In this document: piece after piece, positions 12,995-26,704 of the stretch
How positions within the stretch are numbered: the first letter of the stretch is position 1
Layout: every line of letters begins with the position of its first letter
Origin: Strigamia acuminata
Lineage: Eukaryota
Direction: 5' to 3'
NCBI GenBank assembly: GCA_949358305.1
Contig: OX442314.1
Location: forward strand, 9,982,001 to 10,046,000
DNA length: 64,000 nucleotides
Translations under genes and position numbers: made by a program
The notes under the pieces: model-generated
What the model was told of the DNA's origin: nothing
What the model saw: the letters and a program-made list of their open reading frames with translations, nothing else
The model's database searches: none

Positions 12995-15093
12995 ATGTGC
13001 GACTATTTCGGCCTGCAGCACGAATCGGAGAGCGACGAGAACGACGAGGCCGACAAACCCGACGCGAAACTCACCCTCAACGCCTACCAAATGGCTGACA
13101 AGGAATACGGCCCCGCCAAACCCAACCCCAACGCGAAAAGCCAGCGCAAGCGAGACATCTCCAGCACCTTGGACCTGTACGAGAAATCGAACGAAACGCG
13201 GCTGAAAAAGTTCAAAATCAACGACGACGACTCGAGCAAATTGACGCCCGTCACCGAAGCGGCCAATCAGAAACCGCAGAAATTCGCCCGCAAAAATCTG
13301 CTCGGCCACAACAGTTGCGTGAACAAGGTGGACTGGTCGCCGACGAATTTGTTGTTGTCGGCGTCGATGGACAAGAGTATAAAGATTTGGGACCCGTTCG
13401 AGGAGAAATTGCTGTCGTCGTTGAACGTTCACGTGGGCGCGGTGCGCGACGCGACGTGGAATGCGGACGGCGCGCGAGTGCTGAGCGGCAGCTACGACAA
13501 AAATGCGTTGATCAGTGATGTGACGACCGAGACGGTTGTCAATAGATTTACGCACGAGAATTTCGTCACGGCGGTCAAGTGGAAGCCTGATGACGCCAAT
13601 GTGTTTCTCACGGGCTCGCAAAAGGTGGTCAATGCGTGGGATTTGCGTACTGATGCAAAACCCGTCAGGATTTATCCCTTTAAGCATGGACAGGTGATTT
13701 TTTTTCCGTTTTTTTCCAATATTTTTCGTTTTTTTCCGATATTTTCCGGTTTTTTTCCAATATTTTCTGTTTTTTCCGATATTTTCCGTTTTTTTCCAAT
13801 ATTTTCCGTTTTTTTCCAATATTTTTCGTTTTTTTCCAATATTTTCTGTTTTTTCCGATATTATCCGTTTTTTTCAATATTTTCCGTTTTTTTCTAATGT
13901 TTTCCGTTTTTTCCGGTTTTTTCCGTTTTTTCCGGTTTTTCCCCCCGGTTTTTCCGGGGTTTCCTGGTTTTTATCCGGTTTTCTGCCTTTATTTTCGTTT
14001 TTCAATTTTTTTTTGTGTTTTAGGTTTTAGATATTGCGTTTCTTCAAGATGGAAATGAGTTTTTGTGTTCGTCCGATTTCGTGGCTCATGATTCTGCGGA
14101 TAAAACGATTATTGCGTGGGATTTCACGTCGTCGGCAATGCTGTCTAATCAAATTTATAACGTAAGAAAGTGATGAATTAGGGACCCGATTGCCCCACGA
14201 CGCCTATTTAGATCCAGGCGGTTATTTGAGTTTTAAAAAAAAAATCACCGATTTTTCAACAAAATCAGTGATTTTTTTTACTCTTGGCGCTAAATTGGAC
14301 CCGGCGTTTATTGCAGACAACTATGTAACTATGTAAATGTGCTTTTTTGAGCTGAAAATGTGCTTTTTTCAGCTGAAATATGCTTTTTTTAGCTGAAATA
14401 TGCTTTTTTCAGCTGAAATATGCTTTTTTCAGCTGAAATATGCTTTTTTCAGCTGAAAATGTGCATTTTTGAGCTGAAAATGTGCATTTTTGAGCTGAAA
14501 ATGTGCATTTTTGAGCTGAAAATGTGCATTTTTGAGCTGAAAATGTGCATTTTTGAGCTGAAAATGTGCATTTTTGAGCTGAAAATGTGCATTTTTGAGC
14601 TAAAATGTGCATATTTGAAGTGAAAAATGGATATTTTCTACAAATGTTTATTTTCAGGAACGATTTACTTGTCCTCACTTAGTAGTTCATCCCAAAGGAA
14701 ATAAATTCGTCGCTCAAAGCAACGGCGACTACATAGCCGAATTCTCAACTTCACGCCCATACAAAATGAACAGGAAGAAACGTTTCGAAGGACACAAAGT
14801 AAGAAAAAAAATAATAAAAAATACATTTCTCACAATTTCTCCCAATTTGCAAGGTGTCCGGCTATAACATCGGTTGCGATTTCAACTCGGATGGCCGATA
14901 CCTCTATTCCGGAAGTTCGGACGGCATTTTGTTCTGCTACGAGTTCCGGAACGGCTGCTTACGGAAACGAATCCCGGTTTTCGGCCGCGAAGCCGTTCTG
15001 TCGGTAGCTTGTCATCCCGTTTGGAGCTTCACTCTCGCCGTGTCCAGTTGGAACGGAAAAGTTCAGATATTGTGTAATAATTACGACCAATAA
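12995..15093 (+). CDS. WDR25: WD repeat-containing protein 25
   Basis: Exons 12995-13693, 14024-14161, 14658-14798, 14854-15093; WD40 repeats ([25 protein letters not shown]) and WDR25-type C-terminus [49 protein letters not shown]; start codon not certain. Confidence 0.88.
14335..14605. repeat. Intronic minisatellite, 20-21-bp unit (gagctgaaaatgtgcattttt)
   Basis: ~12 tandem copies in WDR25 intron 2. Confidence 0.9.
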
Positions 15094-16308
15094 ATGTTTA
15101 TTTTATGTTTGTTTTTCGTTGTTTAATACTGACAGATCTACTCGTACAGATATTGATCACAGAAAAATAATTAGTCGACAAAATTACACCTAGGTTCGAT
15201 TGTTTCCTCACTCGAGGAGACGATTCGTTAGAAACTGCTTTTTAAAATAAAATATACAAACTTTATGTACATTTAAAATATTCCAAATGTCGGCCATTTT
15301 TTTTTTTTTTTTTTTTTTTTGTTTATTTTTTTTTTAGAAAGCTCTTAAATGTTTATTGGAAGCTGAAATTTGGGGGTGTTTTTTTATATACCTAGTTTGG
15401 TAAGTAGAAATCGTAGAATCATTTTGGTATGATTAAGTTTGATCTTCGAGTGTTTGTTTTTTCAAACCTCCAGTAATACTGAAAATGAAGAGTGGTGGGG
15501 GGAAAAATTAGGGAATTTTTGGGAGATTCTGTGATTTTTGATAAAATTTGGGAAAATTTTGATGGAATTTAATAAATTTTGATGAAATTTAATAAATTTG
15601 GTCATTTTTCTGATGAATTTCAATAGTTTTGATCACTTTTATGAAGGATTTTAATAATTCTGACTCTTTTTATGGTGAATTTCAATAATTTTGACCATTT
15701 TTCTAATATATTTCAATGAAATTCAATAATTTTGACCATTTCTCTAATATATTTCAATGAAATTCAATAATTTTGACCATTTCTCTAATCTATTTCAATG
15801 AAATTCAATAATTTTGACAATTTTTCTACGAAATTTCGTTGAAATCCAAGAAAATTTTGATGAATTTCAATGAATTTGACCATTTTTCTGATAAATCTCA
15901 CCAAATTTGACCATTTTTCCGATAAATCTCAACAAATTTGACAATTTTTCTGAGAAATTTCAACAAATGTCACCAAAATCCACAATTTTTTTGATCAACT
16001 TCAACAAATACGAGAAAAAATTCCACTAATTGATAAAAAATTGCCAACACTTTCCTCATCCCACCACTGAAAACAAACTAGAACCAAAACTCAAATTCTC
16101 AATCAAATCTCAAAACAAAACACAAAAAAAAGAAAAAATAAATAAACAAAAACAACCACTCAAACTTCCAATCTCACAACAACAATAATAATAATAATAA
16201 TTAAAATAATTAAAACAACTAAAACAATTAATAATAAACTGTACAAACAATAAAACTCGACCAACTCAACTAAAACCAAAAAAAAAAAAAAAAAAAAATT
16301 AAATTAAA

Positions 16309-18942
16309 TTAAATTTGCGTTTCAGTGCTGCTGGACGTCGAGCCAGCTCTTGACCAGCAATGGACACTCGTCCGGTCATAACTAGAATTCGAACACTCGC
16401 TCATGGTCCTCGAATTGACCACTCCAACCGAAGACATTTGGCTCCACGTGGCCGCCGACTCTAAATTCTGATAAAAATGAGTTTGTGTTCCCTTTTCCGA
16501 CGACACGTGATCGGCTCGGACGCTCCTACAAAGGCACATTTGGTGCTTTTTGGCGCTGCGTTCCTTGGCCCTTTCTTCCAGCACTTTGGCCATCACGGCA
16601 GCGGACACGAGGTCGTTGTTCCTCGTGTTCATGTTGTCGTCGTCCTCGATGAAGCGCTCCACTTTGCTCTGGTTCACCGAGTAGACCATGGCCGTGGGGG
16701 GGAACGTGGGGATGGGCACGCGGATGGTCCGCACTTCGGCCACGGGCGAAGCGTTGTTGTTTTGATTCAGGGTTAGGTCGCGACGTTTAAGGTTGAGGTG
16801 GTGTTTCACCTTTTGCTGCAGGTCTGCGGGCAGCTGCAAATGGGAAATAAAAAGTGAGAATGGGGATTTGTTTTGTGCGTTTTTGGAGTCGTGGCGAGGC
16901 AATTTGGCACATTGGAAGCTTTAAAATGGATATTTTTGGATGATAATAGTGGAACTTTTAAGTCTAGAAATTCATTTCTGAGGCAGATAAATGTTTTTAA
17001 GCAGAAAAGTGTCGTTTTAGGCACTAAATATCCATTTTGGTTGCAGTGATTTGATGAGAAATGATTTTTGAAGGCAAAAATTTGACTTATTTTTGATAAA
17101 AATGCAACTTTTAAGTCTAAAAATGCGACTTTTAAGGCTAAAAATACGACTTTTAAGTCTAAAGGTTCATTTTTAAGATACAAGAATGTCGTTTCAGGCA
17201 CAAATATGTCGTATTAAACATAAAAAGTCGTTTTAGACTCAAAATTAGCCTTTCCTGCGAAAAGAAATGCATTTTTGCATAAAAAAATATTTTTTAAGCA
17301 CAAAACTGTCTTTTTATGCACAGAAATATATTTTTAGGCACAGAAAATGTATTTTTATGTACAGAAAATGTATTTTTAAGCGCAGAAAATGTATTTTTAG
17401 GCACAAAAATGTCAATTTAGGCACAAAAATGTCTTCCAGGCACAAAAATTGACATTTTTTTAGGTAAAAATACATTTTTATGTACAAAATGCACGTTTAG
17501 AAAAGAGGAAAAGTGCAGAAATGACATTTGTACATAGAAAAACAGTTTTGTTTTTGTTTGTCAAGGTGCCGGGTGTGATTGGCGCCTCCTTGCCACGACG
17601 CCGTGTTAACTCTTACAGAATCCACTCGGTGGGATACAAAATTCGACGGTTTGCACTGTAGTAACTGCACTGCTAAGCTGCAATCGCTCCTGTACCGCTC
17701 CTGTTTCATCAAATTCATCAAATTCATCAAATTTTTTCGTAAAACCAAATAATTATTTACATTTTCCTCCTCCAGTTCTGTTATCGAAACTCGCGCATCG
17801 ACCAGACGCGTCGTAACTTCCGACAAATCTTTGGTCAGCGAAGACTTCTCCGTTTCGTATTTATCGACCTGAACGACAATTTATCAATAAAATAATGCAA
17901 ATAAAAAAATTTAAAAATAAATAAATTGTTACAATTTTTAATAATTTATCTTCTAATCCTTGATTAACCTTCTGTAACTTCTTATGACTGTCGTATAATC
18001 TGAAAAATAAATTAATTAATTTTTAAAAAAAAAATTAGCAAATATTTTATCCATTTTTCTCGACAAATTAAAATAGACATTCGTCAAATTTGTTGAAATT
18101 CATTAGAAAAATGATTGAATTTATTGAAATTCATTAGAAAAATGATTGAATTTATTGAAATTCATTAGAAAAATGATTGAATTTATTGAAATTCATTAGA
18201 AAAATTATTGAATTTATTGAAATTCATTAGAAATATGATTGAATTTATTGATATTCATCGGTAAAATGATTGAATTTATTGATATTCATCAGTAAAATGG
18301 TCGAATTTATCAAAATTCATTTTAAAAAATGGTCGAATTTATCAAAATTCATCAGAAAAGTCGTCAAATTTATCAAAATTCATCAGAAAAGTCGTCAAAT
18401 TTATCAAAATTCATCAGAAAAGTCGTCAAATTTATCAAAATTTATCAAATTTTCTTAAATTTAATAAAAAATTTCTTGAATTTCATCGAACCCTCGTCAA
18501 ATTTCCCCAAAATTTATCATAAAAATGACCAAATTCATTGAAATTCATCAAACTTTTCTCGAATTTCACAAAAAAAACACTTAAATTTTATCAAAAACCT
18601 TGAAATCTCTCTCAATTACCGTTCATACTTCTCCTGCCAATGACTAATCTCCTCCTTAAGAGCAAAATACTCCCCATTTGGATATTTATTCGCTTGTAAA
18701 ATAACATTAGTGTCCATTTGCATGACATGATTTTCGCTCTCCATCAACTTCTTTTTTAATTCCTCAATCTCCTGATGCAAATGTAAACTATTATTGTTGA
18801 AACACGAATTGCAGTGACATCCACATTCCTACAAAAAAACAAATAAATAAATAAATACAAAATAAATCAATCAAAAAAATCAATTTTTTTCACCAAAAAC
18901 ACGAAAATTCGCAATTACCTTGCACCCATAGCTCAATTCCAT
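16309..18942 (-). CDS. TJAP1/BEGAIN-family coiled-coil protein
   Basis: Exons ~18942-18919, 18828-18620, 17999-17933, 17868-17761, 17700-17617, 16834-16309: ..HWQEKYERLYDSHKKLQKVNQGLEDKLLK..ERYRSDCSLAVQLLQCKPSNFVSH..LPADLQQKVKHHL..; ends TETQI* (PDZ-binding-like). Confidence 0.75.
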
Positions 18943-19821
18943 TATGTACGCGAGCGACACGAGCCTGAAATCAAATTGTCAGACATATGGCACTTTATTA
19001 CGATTATCTAATCACGGGAAATCGAAATCACTTCACACGTCATCGGTAGAAAATTTATTACAAATATCTGGCCGTTGCCGAAGTCATTTCAAGAGCGAAG
19101 CCAAAATAAACCCCAAAATCCTCTCTTTTTCACCGTATTTAACACCAGCTGAACTAAAATCCGCCATAATCAAATCCCCCACGCCTAAAAACACCAGAAA
19201 AATCACCTTTAATTTCTTTCCGAATCAATCCCGTGCGTCTGCAAAGAAAAATCTGAAATGTTGACGATCAATGACGTTGAGGAAGACGCCATCGTGTCAT
19301 CACATTAAATAGCGAACGAATCCCAAGCTGAAAATCCTACCAACAGAACAAATTCTTGATTGCTTAATCCACTCGACTTGTGCTGTAACCGCCACCGTAA
19401 TGTACTGGGAGTTAATAAAACGTATTTTTCGAAATTATTTTATTTTTTCAAATATTTTTTTCAATTTATAAATAAATAACAAAAAGCAACAAAATGTGTA
19501 TTCTTCCAAGAATTTTACATCTCGTAACAGAATTAAAATGAGAAAGATGCGGGAAGATGCCATAATGTAATTTCATTAAATTCCGAACAAATCCCAAGCT
19601 TAAAATTCTACTAATAGAACAAATCACCACGTTGCTTAATCCACCCGACCTGTGTAATAACAGTCGCCGTTCCGTACATATGACGTAATATCTTACGCAC
19701 GACTGTACTGGAAACTGACAAACGTATTTTTCGCGTCCGCCACGGGATTAAATCAACCCGTGCTGACTTACCATCGATTCAAAGTGTCTTTCGTCCACCT
19801 TGAGACCACAGACCCCTCAAA

Positions 19822-21420
19822 ATGGACCCCTTGACAACCAGCCCTGCCCCGTTTAACTTACCTAGCCTCGGCACCCCGTACAATCTCCTGCAAGACGACG
19901 AAAACATCGCAATTTCCCCATTTCACCACCAGTCAACTCAACCGCAACAACAGGACCAACAAACAACACAAACATCTCAAAATGTCATTACAACAGTGCA
20001 AAGTCAACGGACACCCACGACCCAATATGGGTCTCAAACACTCACCCAACCACAAACAGTTCGTAGCAATTTTTCAGCGATTTTTCGCATTTTTTGCGGT
20101 TTTTTCGCATTGTTAACGTTTCTCGCATTGTTGTTGCAGCAAAACATCATGTCACCGGCATTATCGACACATCTGGGGTCCGGGATACCGTCTATATCAT
20201 TTCCATCGACGCCTGGACATCCGATGACCCCCTTGACACCAGTTACACCTTCGTCTGCAGATCCGGGCATCGTTCCGCAATTACAGTTGGGTTTTTTTGG
20301 GTTTTTTGGGTGGAATTTGGGTTTGATTGTTTGTTTTTTGTTTGTAGGAATATAGTTAGTACTGTTAATTTGGGATGTAAGTTGGATTTGAAGAAAATAG
20401 CCCTTCATGCGAGGAATGCCGAGTATAACCCGAAACGGTTTGCGGCTGTGATAATGCGGATTCGGGAACCGAGGACGACGGCGCTGATTTTTAGTTCGGG
20501 GAAGATGGTTTGTACGGGGGCGAAGAGGTAATTTTTTGGGTTTTGTTTTTTTTGGGCTTGTATTTTTATTTATTTGTTTGTTTTGGTTTTTTTTTAGTGA
20601 GGAGCAGTCGAGACTTGCAGCGAGGAAGTACGCTAGGATAGTACAAAAGTTAGGGTTTGAAGTGAGTTTTGCGATACAATTTGTGATTTTTGACGTATTT
20701 TGACAAATTTTCGACTTAACTCGGCGAATTTTTGTTATAATTTACAATTTTTGACGAATTTTCGTTATAATTTGCGATTTTTGACGAATTTTTCGACTTA
20801 ATTTGACGAAATTTTCCTAAAATATTGGATTTTTGATAAAATTTGGGATTTTTGAGATGTTTTTCGACTTAATTTGACGAAATTTTCTTATAATTTTGGA
20901 TTTTTGAGATATTTTTCGACTTAATTGGACGAATTTTCGATAAAATTTGGGATTTTTGACGAATTTTCGTCAAAAATTAAGATATTTAAGAAGTTCTGAC
21001 GAATTTTTTAAATTCCCAACAATTTTTAACCCAAATATTCTCACAAACCTTTTCCAAAAATATCAAATTTCACCTTTTTACTTCGCAGGCTAAATTCTTA
21101 GACTTCAAAATCCAAAACATGGTCGGAAGTTGCGACGTTAAATTCCCAATCCGCCTCGAAGGACTCGTGCTAGCCCACAACCAATTCTCAAGCTACGAAC
21201 CAGAACTATTCCCCGGACTCATCTACCGCATGGTCAAACCCCGCATCGTCCTCCTCATCTTCGTATCCGGAAAAGTTGTCCTAACAGGTAAAACAAACAA
21301 ACAAATACAAATTCAAATTTCTAATTCCCAATTCCCTCACCAGGTGCCAAAGTGCGGTCAGAAATCTACGAAGCATTTGATAACATTTACCCCATACTAA
21401 AAAGCTTTAAGAAACAATAA
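19822..21420 (+). CDS. TBP: TATA-box-binding protein
   Basis: Exons 19822-20058, 20140-20285, 20348-20527, 20598-20661, 21089-21288, 21344-21420; Q/T/P-rich N-terminus with [10 protein letters not shown], core [102 protein letters not shown]. Confidence 0.98.
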
Positions 21421-21852
21421 CGGAGCCATTTTGATTTTTCTACTCAAACCTTACCGGCACTCAAGACGAAAATTATTCGAAAACGTAATTTAAAACATCT
21501 TTTTTCTAATATTTTTTTTTTGCGAGGCGGAAATCATCGGAAAAGGAATTTTTTTCTTACACAAATGTAAATAAATTCCTTGTAATTATTAAATAATAAA
21601 AAAAAAAGAAAAAAACACTTTTCAAGAAAAGATGGCGTCAAATCGATTTACATTTTTAATGTGACTAGTTTAGTGTAAAAATTTGTTCATCTCGCGCACT
21701 ATTTCCTCCACATGTTGGAATAAATAAAACAAATTAAGTAAAAATACAACTGCCAACGAAATCCGACGAATATAATGGGTTTGTTTTTTTTTAAAACGTA
21801 TATACATTGATGCAACGCTTCAGTCAGCATTTTTTAAAACGAAAATTAGAAT

Positions 21853-24800
21853 TTAATTCATTTTGGACATTTCGAATTTAGTCGTCATTATTTCCTGCGA
21901 GAAAAACATACAAAAATCGATTAAAACGTCGTTTTAAAGCCCCAAAACCGATCAAAACGTACTTCGTCGGAGTCCAGTAAGCTCGGCAAAGCCCTAAAAC
22001 GGATAAAACGAGTATAAAACGAACGTAAAAATTGGAAATAACTGCATTTTAGACACTTACACGTCGCTTATGCCCGATGGAATGTTTTCGTCTATCCATT
22101 TCAGGTCTTCTTCCTGTTAAAACGAAATGCATTAAGACGGGAATGAATTTAAATTCTCGTTTTAACGAACCACTCCTTTGGTCACGTGATTTTGATTTTT
22201 GTTTCCCCTCATTTTCATCCCGTCTGAAATGAAAAATCGTTATTTTACGACCGATTGGAGGTTTAAAACGGAGTTAAAACGGAATTAAAACGCACCAAAT
22301 GCGTCTGGAAGAGGTATTTCTTCGTCTTCTTCGTCGTCGTCGGGCGCGTCCAATAAGGGAGTGAAGGCGAACCTGATTAGAGCGGAAGTGGTTGATTATT
22401 TTCGTTGGGAATGAAGGAAGTTGTGCGTGTACCTTTGGTTGTTGTTGGTGGGGCGCCATAGGATCATAATAACGAGTAGAATAACTGAGAAAAACAGCCG
22501 CCAATACGCCTCGTCGATCCACAGCTCTTTCCAATCCTGAAAGATTGATTGAAATCAACGATTGGGTAATAACGGAATTTTAAATTTTCTTGGTTCAATG
22601 AAGAAATCATTGCGCAAATGCAAAAATGTATACGAATTTTTCGTATTTGCGCTTATTCAATGCATTTAACCACACAAAATATTCATCTGTGCTCTTTTTA
22701 GGGCTACGATTTATTTTTCGTGGCATAAAGTTCATTTTTCGTGTCATAAAATTAGAAAAATTTATTTTTCTGCTTAAAAAATGCATTTTTCTGCTTAAAA
22801 AATTTATTTTTCTGCTTAAAAAATGCATTTTTCTGCTTAAAAAATGCATTTTTCTGCTTAAAAAATTTATTTTTCTGCTTAAAAAATTTATTTTTCTGCT
22901 TAAAAAATGCATTTTTCTGCTTAAAAAATGCATTTTTCTGCTTAAAAAATGCATTTTTCTGCTTAAAAAATGTATTTTTCTGTTTAAAAATTCATTTTTC
23001 TGCTAAAAAAATTAATGTGTGCCAAAAAATGCATTATTACACTTAAAAACTGCATTTTTATGCTAAATAGTGTATATTACACGCTAACAACTGCACTTTA
23101 ACTCCGAAAATACCATCAAAAACTCGTGCCACCTCAATAAACCAACTCACATTAATACATCTCAACCCCTGGTACGTCCGCAACGACCAAATCATAAACG
23201 CAACCGATGCTAAAACAAACAAACAAAACCGACAATTAAAAAAAAACATTAATCAACTCCAATCCCACTTACCCACAACCGCAAATATTAAAGTGTTCGT
23301 AAAATGCCTGTACAGATTCAACTTGACGATGTTCCTTCTGAGCCGCAACGTCCGCGTCGTCTGCACCAAACTCGTAAATATCCAGTAACAAATAAACGAA
23401 TCTAACACGGCCAACGAGATAGTGGCCAACCAAAACTGGTGATACGGGTCGTTCCTCACTCCCAGAACCCGCATTAAACCTTCGACTAAACTCAGAATGA
23501 AGTATAAGGCACCAACGCCTACGACTCGATGCAGTAACGGCCCCAATCGCGGCCTGAAATTCAAATTTTTTCAAATTTAACGCAAAAAATGATCGTTTAA
23601 ATTCAAATACGCACTTTACGATTCCGAATCCGAGGCTAACTATTATTATTAGCATTCGTGCTAATGTACGTTTCAAGCAGGAAACTATTTCCGCGGCTAT
23701 TACGGCGCCTCGGACTGAAAATGGAGAATTTATTTCGGTTTTATTGATTTTGGGTTTTGACACCAGGCGCCACTCGTACCAGATTTTCCAGTGTTGTTGA
23801 GTGCTTGATATTCGCCGAAAAATACGGCTTTTTCGAGCATGCCCAAGAAAATGACTCCGCCGATCCAGAATTGGATCCGGAGCAGATCTCGCCACTGACA
23901 CGCCGATATGATCAACCATCCGATACCGTAAAATACATACACAACGCACATTGTGCCGTAAAACTGTAAAGTTGAAACGATAAACTTAAAGAAATGTGTA
24001 TATTAACTGGAGGGCCGGCTAACACTCGAAAGGCATTATCGGAACAATGACATTTGGGCCAAAATTCACGATTTACTGCAGGAAATGATGAAAAATGTCA
24101 TTTTTGCGTAAAATGCACTTTCTAAGCACAAAATAGCATTCTCAGACATAAATTGCACTGTTTAACATTGAAAATGCACTTTTTAGCTTAAAAAATGCAC
24201 TTTTTAGCCTAAAAAATGCACTTTTTAGCTAAAAAATGCACTTTTTAGCTAAAAAATGCACTTTTTAGCTTAAAAAATGCACTTTTTAGCTTAAAAATGC
24301 ACTTTTTAGCTTAAAAATGCACTTTTTAGCTAAAAAAATGCACTTTTTAGCTTAAAAAATGCACTTTTAGCTTAAAAAATGCACTTTTTAGCTTAAAAAA
24401 TGCACTTTTTAGCTGAAAAAATGCACTTTTTAGCTTAGAAAATGCACATTTTAGCATTAAGAATGCACTTTCTATTACAAAAATAGACTTTTTAGTATAA
24501 AAAAGCCTAAAAAATCTGTTTCTAAAGGGATTTAATCATTAATTTTCTTTGCCGGCCCTGATTTACACGTATTTACAGGTAACAGAGGCCATTCCGTCGC
24601 AGATAAATATCCATCCGGTCCTTTGATTTCGATTTCAACTACAAAAAAAAAAATTACAACCATAAAATTTCTCAAATTCTCCAAAAAAAAAAAATATAAT
24701 AAAATAAAATAAATCAATTCGTTACCACTTGCGCGGAACTGATCTTCGAAATTCACCGGCGTGATCAACACCGACACAATCGACACACTGTCAGCCGAAT

Positions 24801-26270
24801 ATAAAAGTTGGGGTTGATCGCCATTCTACATAAATAAAAATTAAAAACAAAACAAACAAAACGCAAAAACTATTTACATTTTTCACCGCATCAACCGTCA
24901 CTTCATCCGACTTGTTTTTCACACCAACAATTTTCTCCCCAGCCGCCATCTTTAGAGTCGTCGTCGCCACTTCCGCCTCGCTCGCATCGCCGCCATCTTT
25001 GACATCCGAAACATCTCTTTTCCTCTCCCCTTTCGAGCTCGCTTCGGTCACCGCGGACGATTTACTCGTCGAACTCGTTTTCTCATCCACTAATTTCGAA
25101 ATCTTCTCGACTTGAGTCGTGGGCGAACCCACAGGTATCAGTTTGTGTTTAACGAAGTTATTCGCATCGAGAGTCTAGAAAAATCGAGAAAAATCGAGAA
25201 AAATCGAGAAAATTCCAAACAAAAAATTAAAAAAACGACAAATAAATTCGTCCTAAATACATTAAGAACAATAGTGCCGTGCGCAACACAATCGTAAGTG
25301 ACTATCGGCGCTTCGTTGACGAAATACGACGATTCTTCTTGTATATTATTCAAGTGGAAACTGCTCGGATGCTCGTGGAACACCTTCATGTCCTCCAAAT
25401 CCTACCCAAACACGAAATAAATAAAAATAAACATAAATAAATAGATAATCAGTGGCGTAGCAATCGGTTTCGCAATATATAACATGAATAAATCGTTTTC
25501 TAACCCAAATGCATTCAATTTCGTTTAAAAATGACTCAAAATACGTTAATTTTGGTTGAAAAAAGGTCCAAAAATTCGTTTTTTAAATGAAAATTGACTT
25601 TAAAAGCCTAAAAACCACGAAAAGAAGTAAATTTCGATTGGAAAAAGACCCTAAAATCGGTTTTCATTTAAAAAACAAGTTAATTTTGGTCTAAAAAATC
25701 ATTTAAAGTGATTTTTTATACATAAAACTAACTTGAAAAGTGTTAAAAACACAGTTCAAAAAATTAACCCTAATTCTCTACAAAATATTTAGGAAATTCC
25801 CCTCGCGTATTGTCTAGGAAACATTTAAGAAACAACTCAACTTGACCTCTTGCTGCACCACTATAATTAATCGCATTTATTTATCCGTTTACCTGAGTTT
25901 TATCAAACTGTAAACCACGTTCATAACAAGGTAACAACCACACGATGAATGAAATGTTGATTTTTGTTGCTTTTGTACGAGGTTCGTCACAGTTGACTTG
26001 ATTGTTGAATAAAATGATAATTTTGTGAGTTGTTTGTCACTTTATTTGGGTTTTTATACCTTTTATGTGCAGTGCTGAGTTTTTGTATACGACTTTGGAT
26101 ACTGCCACAAAACCGTTGATCTGAAATTAGATTTTAGATATGTCAATTTATTGTTAATTTTTGGGTAATTGGAGGATTACTTGGTCGACATTGTTTGGCC
26201 AAACGCCTTGTTCTGGAAGAGAGAGACAAATGGGAGAAATGAAGGCGAAAACTAGTAATATTGGTTTCAT
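21853..26270 (-). CDS. TMEM87: Transmembrane protein 87 (GOST/LUSTR 7-TM family), multi-exon
   Basis: Signal peptide [166 protein letters not shown]. Confidence 0.93.
22755..23005. repeat. Intronic minisatellite, 21-bp unit (ttttctgcttaaaaaatgcat)
   Basis: ~11 tandem copies; a related aaaatgcactttttagct array lies at 24170-24460. Confidence 0.9.
25450..25863. mobile_element. hAT-like non-autonomous element (MITE) in a TMEM87 intron
   Basis: Imperfect TIRs CAGTGGCGTAGCA / TGCTGCACCACTA, flanks tagataat / taattaat (6/8 match); internal ~260 bp recurs at ~31355-31606. Confidence 0.55.
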
Positions 26271-26704
26271 TTCTCGTGATGTAAACGTCATGCCGCTTGG
26301 GTTGGGGTAGGACCCACATTCAGTCCCGCACTGTAAATTGTAATCCCGAAGTTAAACAATTTATTTATTACGATAAAATTATTTACTTACATTTTAAAAA
26401 ACGGGTGATTTTTTAAATTGATTGTTTTTGGATTTTAATCAAAAAGATGATTTTTCCGGTGTTGGGAAATAAGTTTTTTTGGGAGCGTCGTAGTTTCGGT
26501 TTCGTATTTTAAAAATAACTTTAAAATTAAATAAATTAAAGCCTTAGCAACAAAATCGTGTGTTAGAACGTTGAAAACCGATAAAACTTCGATTTTTCAT
26601 ACGTTTATTGATCACATAATCCACCGAAAACAACGAGCTAACGATGTAGTTCGATACCAATAGAAAGTGTAGCACTTTGCATTGTTGAAAATAATGAATT
26701 AAAA

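Noticed and set aside
14170..14330. Possible Tc1-like MITE remnant in WDR25 intron 2
   Set aside because: Only weak internal repeats; no clear TIR pair
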